From a virus (Duplodnaviria; Caudoviricetes): 64,000 bases of DNA. Shown one piece after another: positions 1-9,300 of the stretch. The first letter of the stretch is position 1. Every line of letters starts with the position of its first letter. Below the pieces are notes generated by a model. That model ran no database searches. It had not been told where the DNA came from and saw only the letters and a program-made list of their open reading frames with translations. Position numbers and translations under genes: made by a program. The stretch lies in IMG/VR virus record IMGVR_UViG_3300028048_001452; one strand, given 5' to 3'.

Positions 1-5
1 TTTCC

Positions 6-34
6 TTGACAAAAGCATAGACATAATATATAAT
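6..34 (+). promoter_or_regulatory. sigma70/sigmaA promoter
   Basis: TTGACA(6-11)-17 bp-TATAAT(29-34); RBS AAGGAG and ATG at 74 follow. Confidence 0.85.
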
Positions 35-73
35 CTATGTATAATAAAAATATCAAGAAAGGAGTCTGTTTAA

Positions 74-257
74 ATGGCTAGACCAAAGAGCGATAACGTC
101 CAAATCAATATTTCTATTCCGATTGTATGGAAGACAGAGCTTGAAAGCCTTGCAAGGATATATTCTGTGGAGGAAGGGAAAAACCATTACTTTTCTTGAC
201 CTTATGAGGTGTGGAATTAAAGAAAAATACCAGTTGGGAGAACCAAGTCATGTATGA
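74..257 (+). pseudogene. Small putative DNA-binding (RHH-like) IS-associated protein, frameshifted
   Basis: MARPKSDNVQINISIP...EEGK stops at 199 in frame, but continues as TITFLDLMRCGIKEKYQLGEPSHV* in the +1 frame after the A5 run at 179-183, ending over the tnpA ATG. Confidence 0.55.
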
Positions 258-687
258 TGACCAATATCATAGTGCGTCTCATTGCAAATATCTTGTTCAA
301 TATCATATCATCTGGTGTCCCAAGTTTCGGTTTTCTGTTTTAAACGGGAATGTCGAGGACACATTGAAACAAATTCTCCACGGTATTTGCGATAGATACA
401 GCTATGTCATCAAGGCACTGGAAGTCATGCCAGACCATATCCATATCTTTATTGATGCACCACAAACTGTTGCCCCGTGCGACATTGTGCGTACCTTAAA
501 AAGTCTTAGTACCATAGAAATGTTCAAAGCATTCCCCTTACTAAAACAATTTTATGCCCGTTGTGGGGTATTGTGGTCACGAGGCTATTTTATCTCTACC
601 GTAGGACATATTAGCGAGTCCACTGTAATTAAGTATATTGAGGAACAGAAAAGTCATGACAGAGAAGGAATTTCAACAAGCTCTTAA
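250..687 (+). CDS. tnpA: IS200/IS605 Y1 HUH transposase
   Basis: YHIIWCPK, MPDHIHIF (HUH), LWSRGYF, YIEEQ (catalytic Tyr); ATG at 250 with GGGAG RBS preferred over GTG 211. Confidence 0.95.
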   Translation: MYDDQYHSASHCKYLVQYHIIWCPKFRFSVLNGNVEDTLKQILHGICDRYSYVIKALEVMPDHIHIFIDAPQTVAPCDIVRTLKSLSTIEMFKAFPLLKQFYARCGVLWSRGYFISTVGHISESTVIKYIEEQKSHDREGISTSS

Positions 688-2269
688 AAAATATCATAAG
701 GCTTCTAACAGGCATATTTTGGTCGTTGAAACTGATATGCCTTATTGTGATGTTCTTAATGTTGTGGCTTATGCTAACAAAATCCGCAAGGCGGGAAATG
801 AACTTATTGGACTTATGCGAAAACAGTATGAACAACTTATTCAGACGAAACGGTATCGCAAATTATTGACTTTGTATGGAAAAACTAAGCATAAGAACAA
901 AAGAAAAATGTTAGCCCAACAACTCAACGAAATGCAACAAATATACAATGTTACATGGGATTTTTGTAGAAACTCCATGACTTATATCCGAAAAAAATAT
1001 GACGTAGACTCAATCTTTGCTCTGACTAAAGCCGAGGACGTTTGGCGTGGTATCGAAAAATGTCTGTATGGTAATGGAGCAACCATACATTTTGCCAAGT
1101 ATGATAATTTGCCTTGTATCAGGGCAAAGCAAACCAATCGTGGCATTCCGATGTCCGTGGAAGAAAGTGGTCTGACTTTCAAATTTCAAGGCATTAAGTT
1201 TGGCTTAAATGTCCGTGATAGATTTCAAAAAGACGAAATCCATGCTGTTTTGCATTATCTGGCGAATGTTTCCGCTATTGATGAAAAAGCGGTCAACACA
1301 TTCCTTTGTGAAGGTATTTGTATTGACACATATCGCCCCTGCTATGCAACGCTTGTTCCTAAGAAAATCAGAGGTAGGTATAGATTATATCTGCATTTAA
1401 CGATTGAGGGCAAAGCTGTCAGAAAGTACGATAGATATGGCAATCATCGTCATCACTACGGCAAAGGTATAGTTGGTTCTGATATTGGTACACAAACCTT
1501 TGCTTATACGTCCGATACTGAGGTTGGTTTGAAGAATCTTTCCGAGCATGGTAACAGTATCCAGAAATCCGAGCGTTTGGAACGGCTATATTATCGGGCA
1601 ATGGATAGGTCAAGACGGGCAACAAACCCACAAAATTATAACGAGAACGGAACGATTAAGAAAGGAAAGAAGAAGTGGGTTTATTCCAAGCACTATAAGG
1701 TGCTTCGGTATAAACACGCCGAACTTTGCCGAAAGAACGCCATTAACAGGCATTTGGCAATCAATGAAGACGCAAACTATCTCCGTAGTTTAGGAGATAT
1801 ATTTGTTACTGAGCCAAAGAATGCCTCAAAACTTATGAAACGAGCTAAAGAAACTACTGTTAGTAAAAAGACAGGCAAAATCAACCGCAAGAAACGGTTC
1901 GGCAAGTCCATCAAAAACCGTTGTCCAGGAGGATTTCAGTCTACTGTAGAAGCTAAGTTTAATTCTACTGGTGGTGCTTATATTGAAGTTCCATATAATT
2001 ATCGAGCTTCCCAGTATGACCACATCGCTGATGAATACATAAAGAAAAAACTGTCCCAGAGAATGTATAATCTCACAGATGGTACAAAAGTTCAGAGGGA
2101 TTGGTATTCCTCATTTTTGCTATATTGTTTTGATTTCACAACGCAAGGTATTGATAAGGAGAAATGTCACAATGAGTTTAAAAAACACTTAGCCAAAGAA
2201 AAAGCCTTAATCACATGGATTAAGACAAATAAGATAAAGATTTTGAATAGCGGTATTAAGATAGCGTAA
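656..2269 (+). CDS. tnpB: Large TnpB RNA-guided nuclease (~537 aa)
   Basis: RuvC-I GSDIG, RuvC-II VTEP, RuvC-III QRDWYS; RASQ motif; no CxxC zinc ribbon; overlaps the tnpA 3' end. Confidence 0.85.
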   Translation: MTEKEFQQALKKYHKASNRHILVVETDMPYCDVLNVVAYANKIRKAGNELIGLMRKQYEQLIQTKRYRKLLTLYGKTKHKNKRKMLAQQLNEMQQIYNVTWDFCRNSMTYIRKKYDVDSIFALTKAEDVWRGIEKCLYGNGATIHFAKYDNLPCIRAKQTNRGIPMSVEESGLTFKFQGIKFGLNVRDRFQKDEIHAVLHYLANVSAIDEKAVNTFLCEGICIDTYRPCYATLVPKKIRGRYRLYLHLTIEGKAVRKYDRYGNHRHHYGKGIVGSDIGTQTFAYTSDTEVGLKNLSEHGNSIQKSERLERLYYRAMDRSRRATNPQNYNENGTIKKGKKKWVYSKHYKVLRYKHAELCRKNAINRHLAINEDANYLRSLGDIFVTEPKNASKLMKRAKETTVSKKTGKINRKKRFGKSIKNRCPGGFQSTVEAKFNSTGGAYIEVPYNYRASQYDHIADEYIKKKLSQRMYNLTDGTKVQRDWYSSFLLYCFDFTTQGIDKEKCHNEFKKHLAKEKALITWIKTNKIKILNSGIKIA

Positions 2270-2524
2270 ACAAATTTTAATATAGGGGGACTGACTGCTC
2301 GCCTCCTTGTCTTATGACAGAAATTTGCCATACCAAGGAAACATAAGTGACCTTGAGAGATGTGTCCAACGGGATGCTCGGTAATAAATGATGTTCGCTC
2401 TCAAACAGACTTATACCCATACTCCCAAAGTCTGAAAATGATGTAAGGATATGGGCTAAACTTGAAAGAACGAACCCCACAGGCTTGCCTGTGGGTACAG
2501 TCAGTGGGGGTGCGCTTCGGAATT
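2270..2524 (+). ncRNA. Putative TnpB reRNA/omegaRNA (scaffold + right-flank guide); boundaries approximate
   Basis: GC-richer non-coding stretch between the tnpB stop and the right-end hairpin, the canonical reRNA position. Confidence 0.55.
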
Positions 2525-2971
2525 ATGAAAAAAGATGTTTTGCAAGACCTAGAAAATTTGGTGCAAAATTTATATAATAAATTTAACATAGAAATCCCTA
2601 GTATAGAATATTATAAGTTGTTAAGATTTTATAATATTACAATTGAATATAAAAATGATATTGATTTTTTATATGATAAATGTATTATTAAAAACGATAA
2701 TGGATATACGTTGTATATATGTAATGGAATAAATAAATACCAAGAAATATTTGATATAATAAGGATGTTAGGAAATATATTGTTAGATATTCCATATAAT
2801 ACAAGAAATTTTGAATTAGAAAATATTGTTTCACATTTTGCAATTATGTATTTGATTCCACGAAAAGCAATTAAACCAATTACTAAATTATCTGATATAA
2901 TAATAAAGTATAGAATATCAAGTAGTATGGTTGTTGAAAGAATAAAAATTATAGAATCTGAAAGTGATTGA
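2525..2971 (+). CDS. ImmA/IrrE-like metallopeptidase-fold protein, catalytically degenerate
   Basis: Pattern IYICN..NKYQEIFDIIRMLGNILL..ENIVSHFAIMYLIP mirrors RFTIAHELGH..E.EAN.FA..LLMP but HExxH is lost. Confidence 0.45.
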   Translation: MKKDVLQDLENLVQNLYNKFNIEIPSIEYYKLLRFYNITIEYKNDIDFLYDKCIIKNDNGYTLYICNGINKYQEIFDIIRMLGNILLDIPYNTRNFELENIVSHFAIMYLIPRKAIKPITKLSDIIIKYRISSSMVVERIKIIESESD

Positions 2972-3702
2972 AAGGATTTTATATTGTGGAAAAAGTTATA
3001 GATTTTGTTCAACCAAAAGGAAAATGGAAATTTAATGAAGAAGTAGCAAAATGTTTTGATAATATGTTAGAACGTTCCATTCCTGATTATCAAAATATGC
3101 GTAAATTAGAAAAATTAATTATTAATAATTCTGTGTCTAATAAACATACTTTGTTAGATATTGGCTGTTCTAATGGTATTAATATTGATGATTTTTGTAA
3201 TGATATGAAATGTTATGGAATTGATATAAGTGAACCAATGTTACAACAAGCTAGAGAACGTTTTGTAAAAAATAATAATGTTGTAATTGAACAGTTTAAT
3301 GTTTTAACAGGTTTAAATTCTTTGTGTGGCAAAATTGGTGTAGAAGGGTTTGATATAATTACATCCGTTTTAACCATTCAATTTACGCCAATTGAATATA
3401 GACAATCTATTTTATCAGATATTTATAATCATTTGAATAAAAATGGTGTTTTTATTTTTGTTGAAAAAATATTAGGTTCTGATAATGTAATTAATAATAT
3501 GTTGGTTAAATCGTATTATGATATAAAATCGGATAATGGTTATAGTTACGATGCTATTAATAGGAAGAAAAAATCTTTAGAAGGTGTTTTAGTTCCTGTT
3601 ACTTCTAATTGGAATAGAGACTTGTTAAAACAGGCAGGATTTACTAAAATGGAAACATTTTGGAAATGTTTAAATTTTGAAGGAATTGTGGCTTTGAAAT
3701 GA
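2968..3702 (+). CDS. CmoA-like carboxy-SAM synthase / class I SAM-binding protein
   Basis: N-terminal WKFNEEVAKCFDNMLERSIPDY (CmoA signature), LDIGCSNG motif I, TIQF, EK, SLEGVL, W..LNF C-terminus. Confidence 0.8.
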   Translation: MKGFYIVEKVIDFVQPKGKWKFNEEVAKCFDNMLERSIPDYQNMRKLEKLIINNSVSNKHTLLDIGCSNGINIDDFCNDMKCYGIDISEPMLQQARERFVKNNNVVIEQFNVLTGLNSLCGKIGVEGFDIITSVLTIQFTPIEYRQSILSDIYNHLNKNGVFIFVEKILGSDNVINNMLVKSYYDIKSDNGYSYDAINRKKKSLEGVLVPVTSNWNRDLLKQAGFTKMETFWKCLNFEGIVALK

Positions 3703-3712
3703 GGTAAAAATT

Positions 3713-4576
3713 TTGAAGATAAGATATGCAGATATGTTTTGTGGAATAGGTGGTTTTCGTTTAGCTTTAAATTCTGTTCCATCAGAATGTGTATTTAGTT
3801 CTGATTATGATAAAAATGCACAAATTTGTTATCAAGCATTACATGGAGAATTACCTTATACGGAAGATATTCGTAAATATAATTATTACGATATTCCCGA
3901 TATAGATTTATTGTGTGGCGGGTTTCCTTGCTGTAAATTTTCTATGGCAGGGGATAGAATGGGTTTTGCTTCGCAAGACCCTAGAGCACAAATGTTTTGG
4001 GAATTGGCTAAAATATTAGAAATTAAAAAGCCAACTATGTTTTGGTTTGAAAATGTGAAAGGATTGTTAAATCACGATGAAGGAAATTCCTTTAAATCAA
4101 TATTGCGGAAGTTGGATGAATTGGGGTATGATGTCGAATGGTTTTGTCCAAACGCGAAAGATACAGGCTACCCAATCATCAGAGAAAGGGTATTCATTGT
4201 CGGACATTTTAGAGAAAAACCCACAAAAGAAATTTTTCCTATCGAAACAAAGAGTTTCGCATATGATAGAAACATTAAAGTCTACCAATATAGAAGAAAA
4301 AGATTTAGAATTACTAAAGGATATGTACCAACTTTAACTGCTTCTATGGGTACAGGTGGTAATAATGTACCGATGGTTATAACAGATAATAAATTAAGAA
4401 AACTTACTCCTAGAGAATGTTTTCGTTTACAAGGTATGAACGATAGTGATATAGATAAATTGATTAATACAGGATTATCAAATTCTGCCTTGTATGAAAG
4501 AGCAGGTAGGACGATTTTCCAACCAATAGCAAAAAATATAGCTAAAAAAATTTATAATTCATTGAATAATTTGTAA
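3713..4576 (+). CDS. C5-cytosine DNA methyltransferase homolog, probable DNA carboxymethyltransferase
   Basis: FCGIGG (I), GGFPC (IV, C73), ENVKG (VI), RERVF (VIII), LTPRECFRLQG (IX); motif X reads AGRT (R266) instead of GNS. Confidence 0.85.
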   Translation: MKIRYADMFCGIGGFRLALNSVPSECVFSSDYDKNAQICYQALHGELPYTEDIRKYNYYDIPDIDLLCGGFPCCKFSMAGDRMGFASQDPRAQMFWELAKILEIKKPTMFWFENVKGLLNHDEGNSFKSILRKLDELGYDVEWFCPNAKDTGYPIIRERVFIVGHFREKPTKEIFPIETKSFAYDRNIKVYQYRRKRFRITKGYVPTLTASMGTGGNNVPMVITDNKLRKLTPRECFRLQGMNDSDIDKLINTGLSNSALYERAGRTIFQPIAKNIAKKIYNSLNNL

Positions 4577-4643
4577 ATAAATATATATATTGTTAATGAA
4601 AAATAAATTTATTAAATTTTGTATATAAAAGGATGATTAATAT

Positions 4644-4895
4644 ATGGCAACAGTTAATGTTACAACAGAAATGAATTTTAATGATTTGATGGATGCTTGT
4701 TGGGGTGGTGCATTAGATACACTTAAAATTGTAGAAGATGAAGATAAAGAAGAAGAACTTATGGAACTTTTAGCAGAACAATTTGATGGTTCTGATTTAA
4801 CTTCCATTAATGATTATCTTTGGTTTGAAGATGAAGATGTTTTATCTACACTAGGCATTGATTATAGTGACGAAGATGAAGATGAAGATGAATAA
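4644..4895 (+). CDS. Small hyper-acidic protein (candidate DNA mimic)
   Basis: 83 aa, about 29 D/E versus 2 K and 0 R; AAGGA RBS; own terminator. Confidence 0.7.
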   Translation: MATVNVTTEMNFNDLMDACWGGALDTLKIVEDEDKEEELMELLAEQFDGSDLTSINDYLWFEDEDVLSTLGIDYSDEDEDEDE

Positions 4896-4906
4896 TTAAA
4901 TTATAA

Positions 4907-4938
4907 AAATAGGAGTAGATAATATTCTACTCCTATTT
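4907..4938 (+). terminator. Intrinsic terminator
   Basis: AAATAGGAGTAGA / TCTACTCCTATTT hairpin just after the stop. Confidence 0.75.
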
Positions 4939-4945
4939 ATATAAG

Positions 4946-5269
4946 GTGATATATATGGGAGAAAATATATTAACATATGATAAATTAAAAGAAGATTATG
5001 GAGATATAAAAACTAAAGATGGAGAATATATTATCGTCAATGAAGTACCTTATTACGATTCAATATACAAAGGACATAATAAACAAGAATATTACAAAGG
5101 AATAGGTATTAAAATTGGTGATGAAATAGATTCTGATGGTTTTGTTCCTGCATATGAATTAAAATGGGATATTAATGATGAAAACAAAATACCCCCATGT
5201 GATTGGGATAAGCCAAAAGAAATTAATGAAAATGGATATTATCAAGTATTAGAAATGGATATTGAATAA
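4946..5269 (+). CDS. Hypothetical acidic protein
   Basis: 107-aa ORF, Tyr/Asp/Glu-rich, followed by a terminator. Confidence 0.65.
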   Translation: MIYMGENILTYDKLKEDYGDIKTKDGEYIIVNEVPYYDSIYKGHNKQEYYKGIGIKIGDEIDSDGFVPAYELKWDINDENKIPPCDWDKPKEINENGYYQVLEMDIE

Positions 5270-5297
5270 AGACTATGAATAATTCATAGTCTTTTTT
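5268..5297 (+). terminator. Intrinsic terminator
   Basis: AAAGACTATGAAT-A-ATTCATAGTCTTT plus T run. Confidence 0.75.
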
Positions 5298-5327
5298 ATT
5301 GTAAGTAATGAAGGGGTATGAAAAATC

Positions 5328-5345
5328 TATTTTATTAGTAGATTA
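5328..5345 (+). promoter_or_regulatory. Candidate late-promoter motif
   Basis: TATTTTATTAGTAGATTA, variant of the motif found before several structural genes. Confidence 0.35.
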
Positions 5346-5379
5346 AAAATGTACGAAAATGGATGGGAGTTTTAATATT

Positions 5380-6351
5380 ATGGCAGATGATAAAAAGATA
5401 GAAGAAGAACGTGAAAAAGAACTAATTATACAGGATATTATCTTTAAAGGATATGGAACAAAAACTTTCAAAAAATTTAATAAAGAATGGGAATTTCGTA
5501 CATTAGATTCGGAAGAACATAAACAATTATGGTCAATAGCTATGGTTGATGATGATGACGCTACTAGTTGGGCGGTTTTAAAGAAAACAATGTTGCAAAT
5601 GGCATTAGTTAGTATTAACCATATAGAGCCAACTGAAAATATGAAAGAACAAATTATTGAAAAGTTACCACCTAAAGTTATTGAAACTTTGTATAACGAA
5701 TATCAAAAATTAGATAAAATTCAGGTAGAGGCAACTTCGGATATTAATTTTGTTAAAAAAATTGCACAAAATCCTTACAGTAAAATTAAATTTAAAATAA
5801 TGTCGTATTTTAAAAAACTACCTACTGATAAGGAGTTCATGCATTTAAATGACCACCAACTCATGTGGTTATATGAAAATATAAGTCAAGAAGAATTAGA
5901 AAAAGAAAAAAATGATAAAATGAAATTAGATTATTTGGCTTATTATGTTAATCCTGAATTGGCAAAAGCGGTACGTGATAATGAAAAAAGTGCAGAACAA
6001 TATACAACAAAATCAGGAAATATTACACGAGTAAAAGCACATGATGAACAAAATCCATATAATCCAAATGAAGTAATTCATTATGGAGATACTACAGTTG
6101 ATGAAGATTTTGACGAAAAGTTGAAAATGTTTATGGGTGATGATGAGCCTGTAACTGTATTGGATGATGATACTCATAAAGGAAATTCAAGTGAAACAAA
6201 AGAAGATTTCTTGTCTCGCGTATTAGGTGCGGAAAAAACAATTCAAAAAGAGAATGATAATATAATGAAGAATTTAGAAAAAGAAGCTAAAGAAGCAGGT
6301 GTAAATCCTGATAATTTAGATGTAATTATGGTACAAGACGATGATAAATAA
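5380..6351 (+). CDS. Tail assembly chaperone, long (GT-like) form
   Basis: Directly upstream of the tape-measure genes; N-terminal half is paralogous to 18171-18584 (W..R.L.S.E...ALVS.N...P.V..TLYNE); ATG 5380 with GGGAG RBS. Confidence 0.6.
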   Translation: MADDKKIEEEREKELIIQDIIFKGYGTKTFKKFNKEWEFRTLDSEEHKQLWSIAMVDDDDATSWAVLKKTMLQMALVSINHIEPTENMKEQIIEKLPPKVIETLYNEYQKLDKIQVEATSDINFVKKIAQNPYSKIKFKIMSYFKKLPTDKEFMHLNDHQLMWLYENISQEELEKEKNDKMKLDYLAYYVNPELAKAVRDNEKSAEQYTTKSGNITRVKAHDEQNPYNPNEVIHYGDTTVDEDFDEKLKMFMGDDEPVTVLDDDTHKGNSSETKEDFLSRVLGAEKTIQKENDNIMKNLEKEAKEAGVNPDNLDVIMVQDDDK

Positions 6352-6374
6352 TTAAAGAAAGGAGGAAATAATTA

Positions 6375-9300
6375 ATGGATAAAAATGATACAACATTTGG
6401 TAAATTTGATACAAGTAATAATACACAACCTATTTCTGAAACAAGTTCTACTATATCTGTAGGGAGTACAGGTAGCAGAATTAATATGAATGATAATTTT
6501 AATATTATTTCTAATGCAACAGATGGTTTAAGAGATACAATTAGTAGTATTAATAATAATCATTTTCACATTGAAGGATTTAATGAAATATTATCAAAAT
6601 TAAAAGATGTTGACCAAAAAATTGAAGGGTTAAAAAATTCACAAGATACTACTAATAGTAATGATATTATACAACAGATGGAATCTGCTATAAATAATAT
6701 CAATACAATTAAAAATGAAATTATAACTTCTGTTAGTAAACAAGTACAAGAGATTGTTCAAACAAATAAAATACAAAATACAGAAGATTATGATAATATT
6801 ATTCAAAGTGTTGCTAATAGTGTAAGTGAAACAACAAATAAATTATCGCAGTTACAAAACACTTTACAAGAAACAAAACAATCTGTTTTAGATAGTACAC
6901 AACAACAAATTAAAGAAACAAATGATGTAGCGCAAGTACATACGCAAGCTATGAATCAGGCTACGCAAGACATAAAACAAACTGCTGATAGTGCAAATAC
7001 GTTAAGTGATGCAGAGAGTAGATTGTTTGAAGAAGTACAGACTACTCTTGCTAACATTGAACAAGGAACAGGTGCAACTAGTCAACTGTTAGATTCTGTT
7101 GACGAATTATCAAAAACGGCAGTTGAAAGTATTGATAATCAATTAATACAAAGTTTACAACAATTTAAAAATGATGTAAAAAATGATATTAGTTCTGATA
7201 ATTTTTCTGAAAATACATTAAACAATTTACGTGGATTAGTTGGTAATGCCAAGTCAGTTATGTCTGCAATTTCATCTTCATTAAAAGCTAATGAAGATGG
7301 GAGTAATTTAAGCCATATTAGAGCAACACAAGAATTAAATATAAAAGTTGCTAATAATGTAAATAATACACTTAATCAATTCGCAAGTATATTAGAACAA
7401 CAAGGTAATGCTAATAGTGGGATAGCAGATATAGTAAAAGCTATTAGGCAACAATTAACTGCTTTTAACAATGATTTTAAAGAAAATAATCAGAGTCTTA
7501 TTTCTGCTACAAATAGTGCTATACAAAATGCAAAAAATGCATTCGTAACTGCGCAACAAAATGCCATAAAACCTGGTACAGATGAATATAATTCGGTAAG
7601 TAATGCTATGGCAACACAATCATTAGCTAGTATTAGTTTTAATGATTTAACAACAGGTGCTAACGACGCATTAATTAATTTGGAATATTCACAAGGTAAA
7701 AATAATCCTTGGTATCAATATGTTACAACAGGCAATTTATTAGGTAATAAAACTTCTCTCGCTAGAGGTATGGAAAATACACAAAGAGAAGGTTTTTTGG
7801 CTAGTTCTCGTTATTCTGATTTAGTAAATAATGTAATGAGTGGTAATTGGAATAATAAACAAAAAGCGCAAGGAATTGCCGAATTAGCAAAAGTTAATGT
7901 ATCTATGGGTCAATCTGTGTTAGATACTGCTAAAGGTATGAATTTACATACAGGTGGTGGCAAAAATCTAAATGCAGAAGATAAAAAAGTTTTTGAAGCA
8001 TTTACAAAACAAGTAGATAATGCATTGGGCAATTTAACTAAAACGATTAATGCAATAGAAGATTTAGACCCTGAAAACAAATCTTTGAAAAAATTACGTG
8101 AAGAACAAAAAGCGTTATTAAAATTAAAACAAAATGCTGATGATGCTAAAGAAAGTTCTTCAGCTTTGTCAAATATATTTTCTGATATAGCTAGTGGCGT
8201 AAGCAAATTAAAAAATCTACTAGCGGGCGGGTTGTCTATGCTTGGTCTAGGAGCACTTTTGTCTCCTATGGTAATGCTTAATAAAGCTATTGGGTATGAA
8301 ACACAAGAAGGACAACGTAGATACGCAGTTGCAATGAATGATTTTTCTATGGGAGCTAATTTAAACCAAGGAAGAATTAATTATATTGCAAGAGATAAAG
8401 ATTTTGAATATTGGAAAAATACAAATGGAATGATTAAGGAAGGAGAATTTCTTAATCATTATAAAACATTAACTCAAACTGTTGGTGGTCATTATAACAC
8501 AGACCCTAATGCAAATATGGAGGACATGGCACAATTAACAGATAATTCATTTGCATGGGGAAAAGTATTCAATGTAGATGCAGGTACAATAGGTACTTTC
8601 TTTAAAAATACATATAAAGATTTAGGTATGTCTGCAAGCGAAGCTACACAAGCAATGGTTAATGTAGGCCAGGCTGCTACATCAGCAGGTATTCCTGTAA
8701 AAGCATATATGACTATGATTAATAATTTATCTTCTAATTTAATTAATCATGGTGTAAGTGCTCGTCAAGTTATGTCATCAATGAATGCATTAATTAATCA
8801 TTCTCATTTACGTCCCGAAGATGCAAGTAGTATGATTACTGAAATGGCTGGTGCTAATGAAAAAATGGCTACAGATATGAATAGTAGTGCATTTTTTGGT
8901 ATGATGGCAGGTCAAGGTGGTAGTCCATTTGATTTAATTGTACAAGGATATAAGCCATATAAGGCTAATGGTAGAGTTGATGAAAATTATTATCCAATGA
9001 TGGCTCAACGTGTTATGGCAGAAGCTAATTTAATGGGTGGAATTGGCGGAGATAATGCTTTAGGTGGCATTATGTACATTGATACACTTATGAAAAGAGG
9101 TTTTTCTCAAAAAAATGCTTCTATGTTACAAGACGCAGTATCTAAAGGAGATATGAGTTTAGTACAGGATATATTGAAAAAAGCAGATGAAGAAAAAGAT
9201 GGCGGTAAACAGGCGTATACAGAAGCCATTTTAGATGCTAAAGAAAAGTTAAAAACTGCTGGTGACCAAGTATCTATTTTCCAAAAATTAGAAACGGATT

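Larger units (their letters stand above)
1..2503 (+). mobile_element. IS200/IS605-family element (small regulator + tnpA + tnpB); left end probably upstream of the window
   Basis: Y1 HUH transposase overlapping a RuvC TnpB; higher GC than the flank; subterminal hairpin CCCACAGG-CTTG-CCTGTGGG (2476-2495) followed by ...TACAGTCA (putative right end ~2503). Confidence 0.85.

Noticed and set aside
638-2524. TnpB as a Cas12f/CRISPR effector
   Set aside because: No repeat-spacer array or cas genes; linked to tnpA and an IS end
2462-2524. N-terminal extension of the ORF starting at 2462
   Set aside because: Runs through the IS right-end hairpin; ATG 2525 is more plausible
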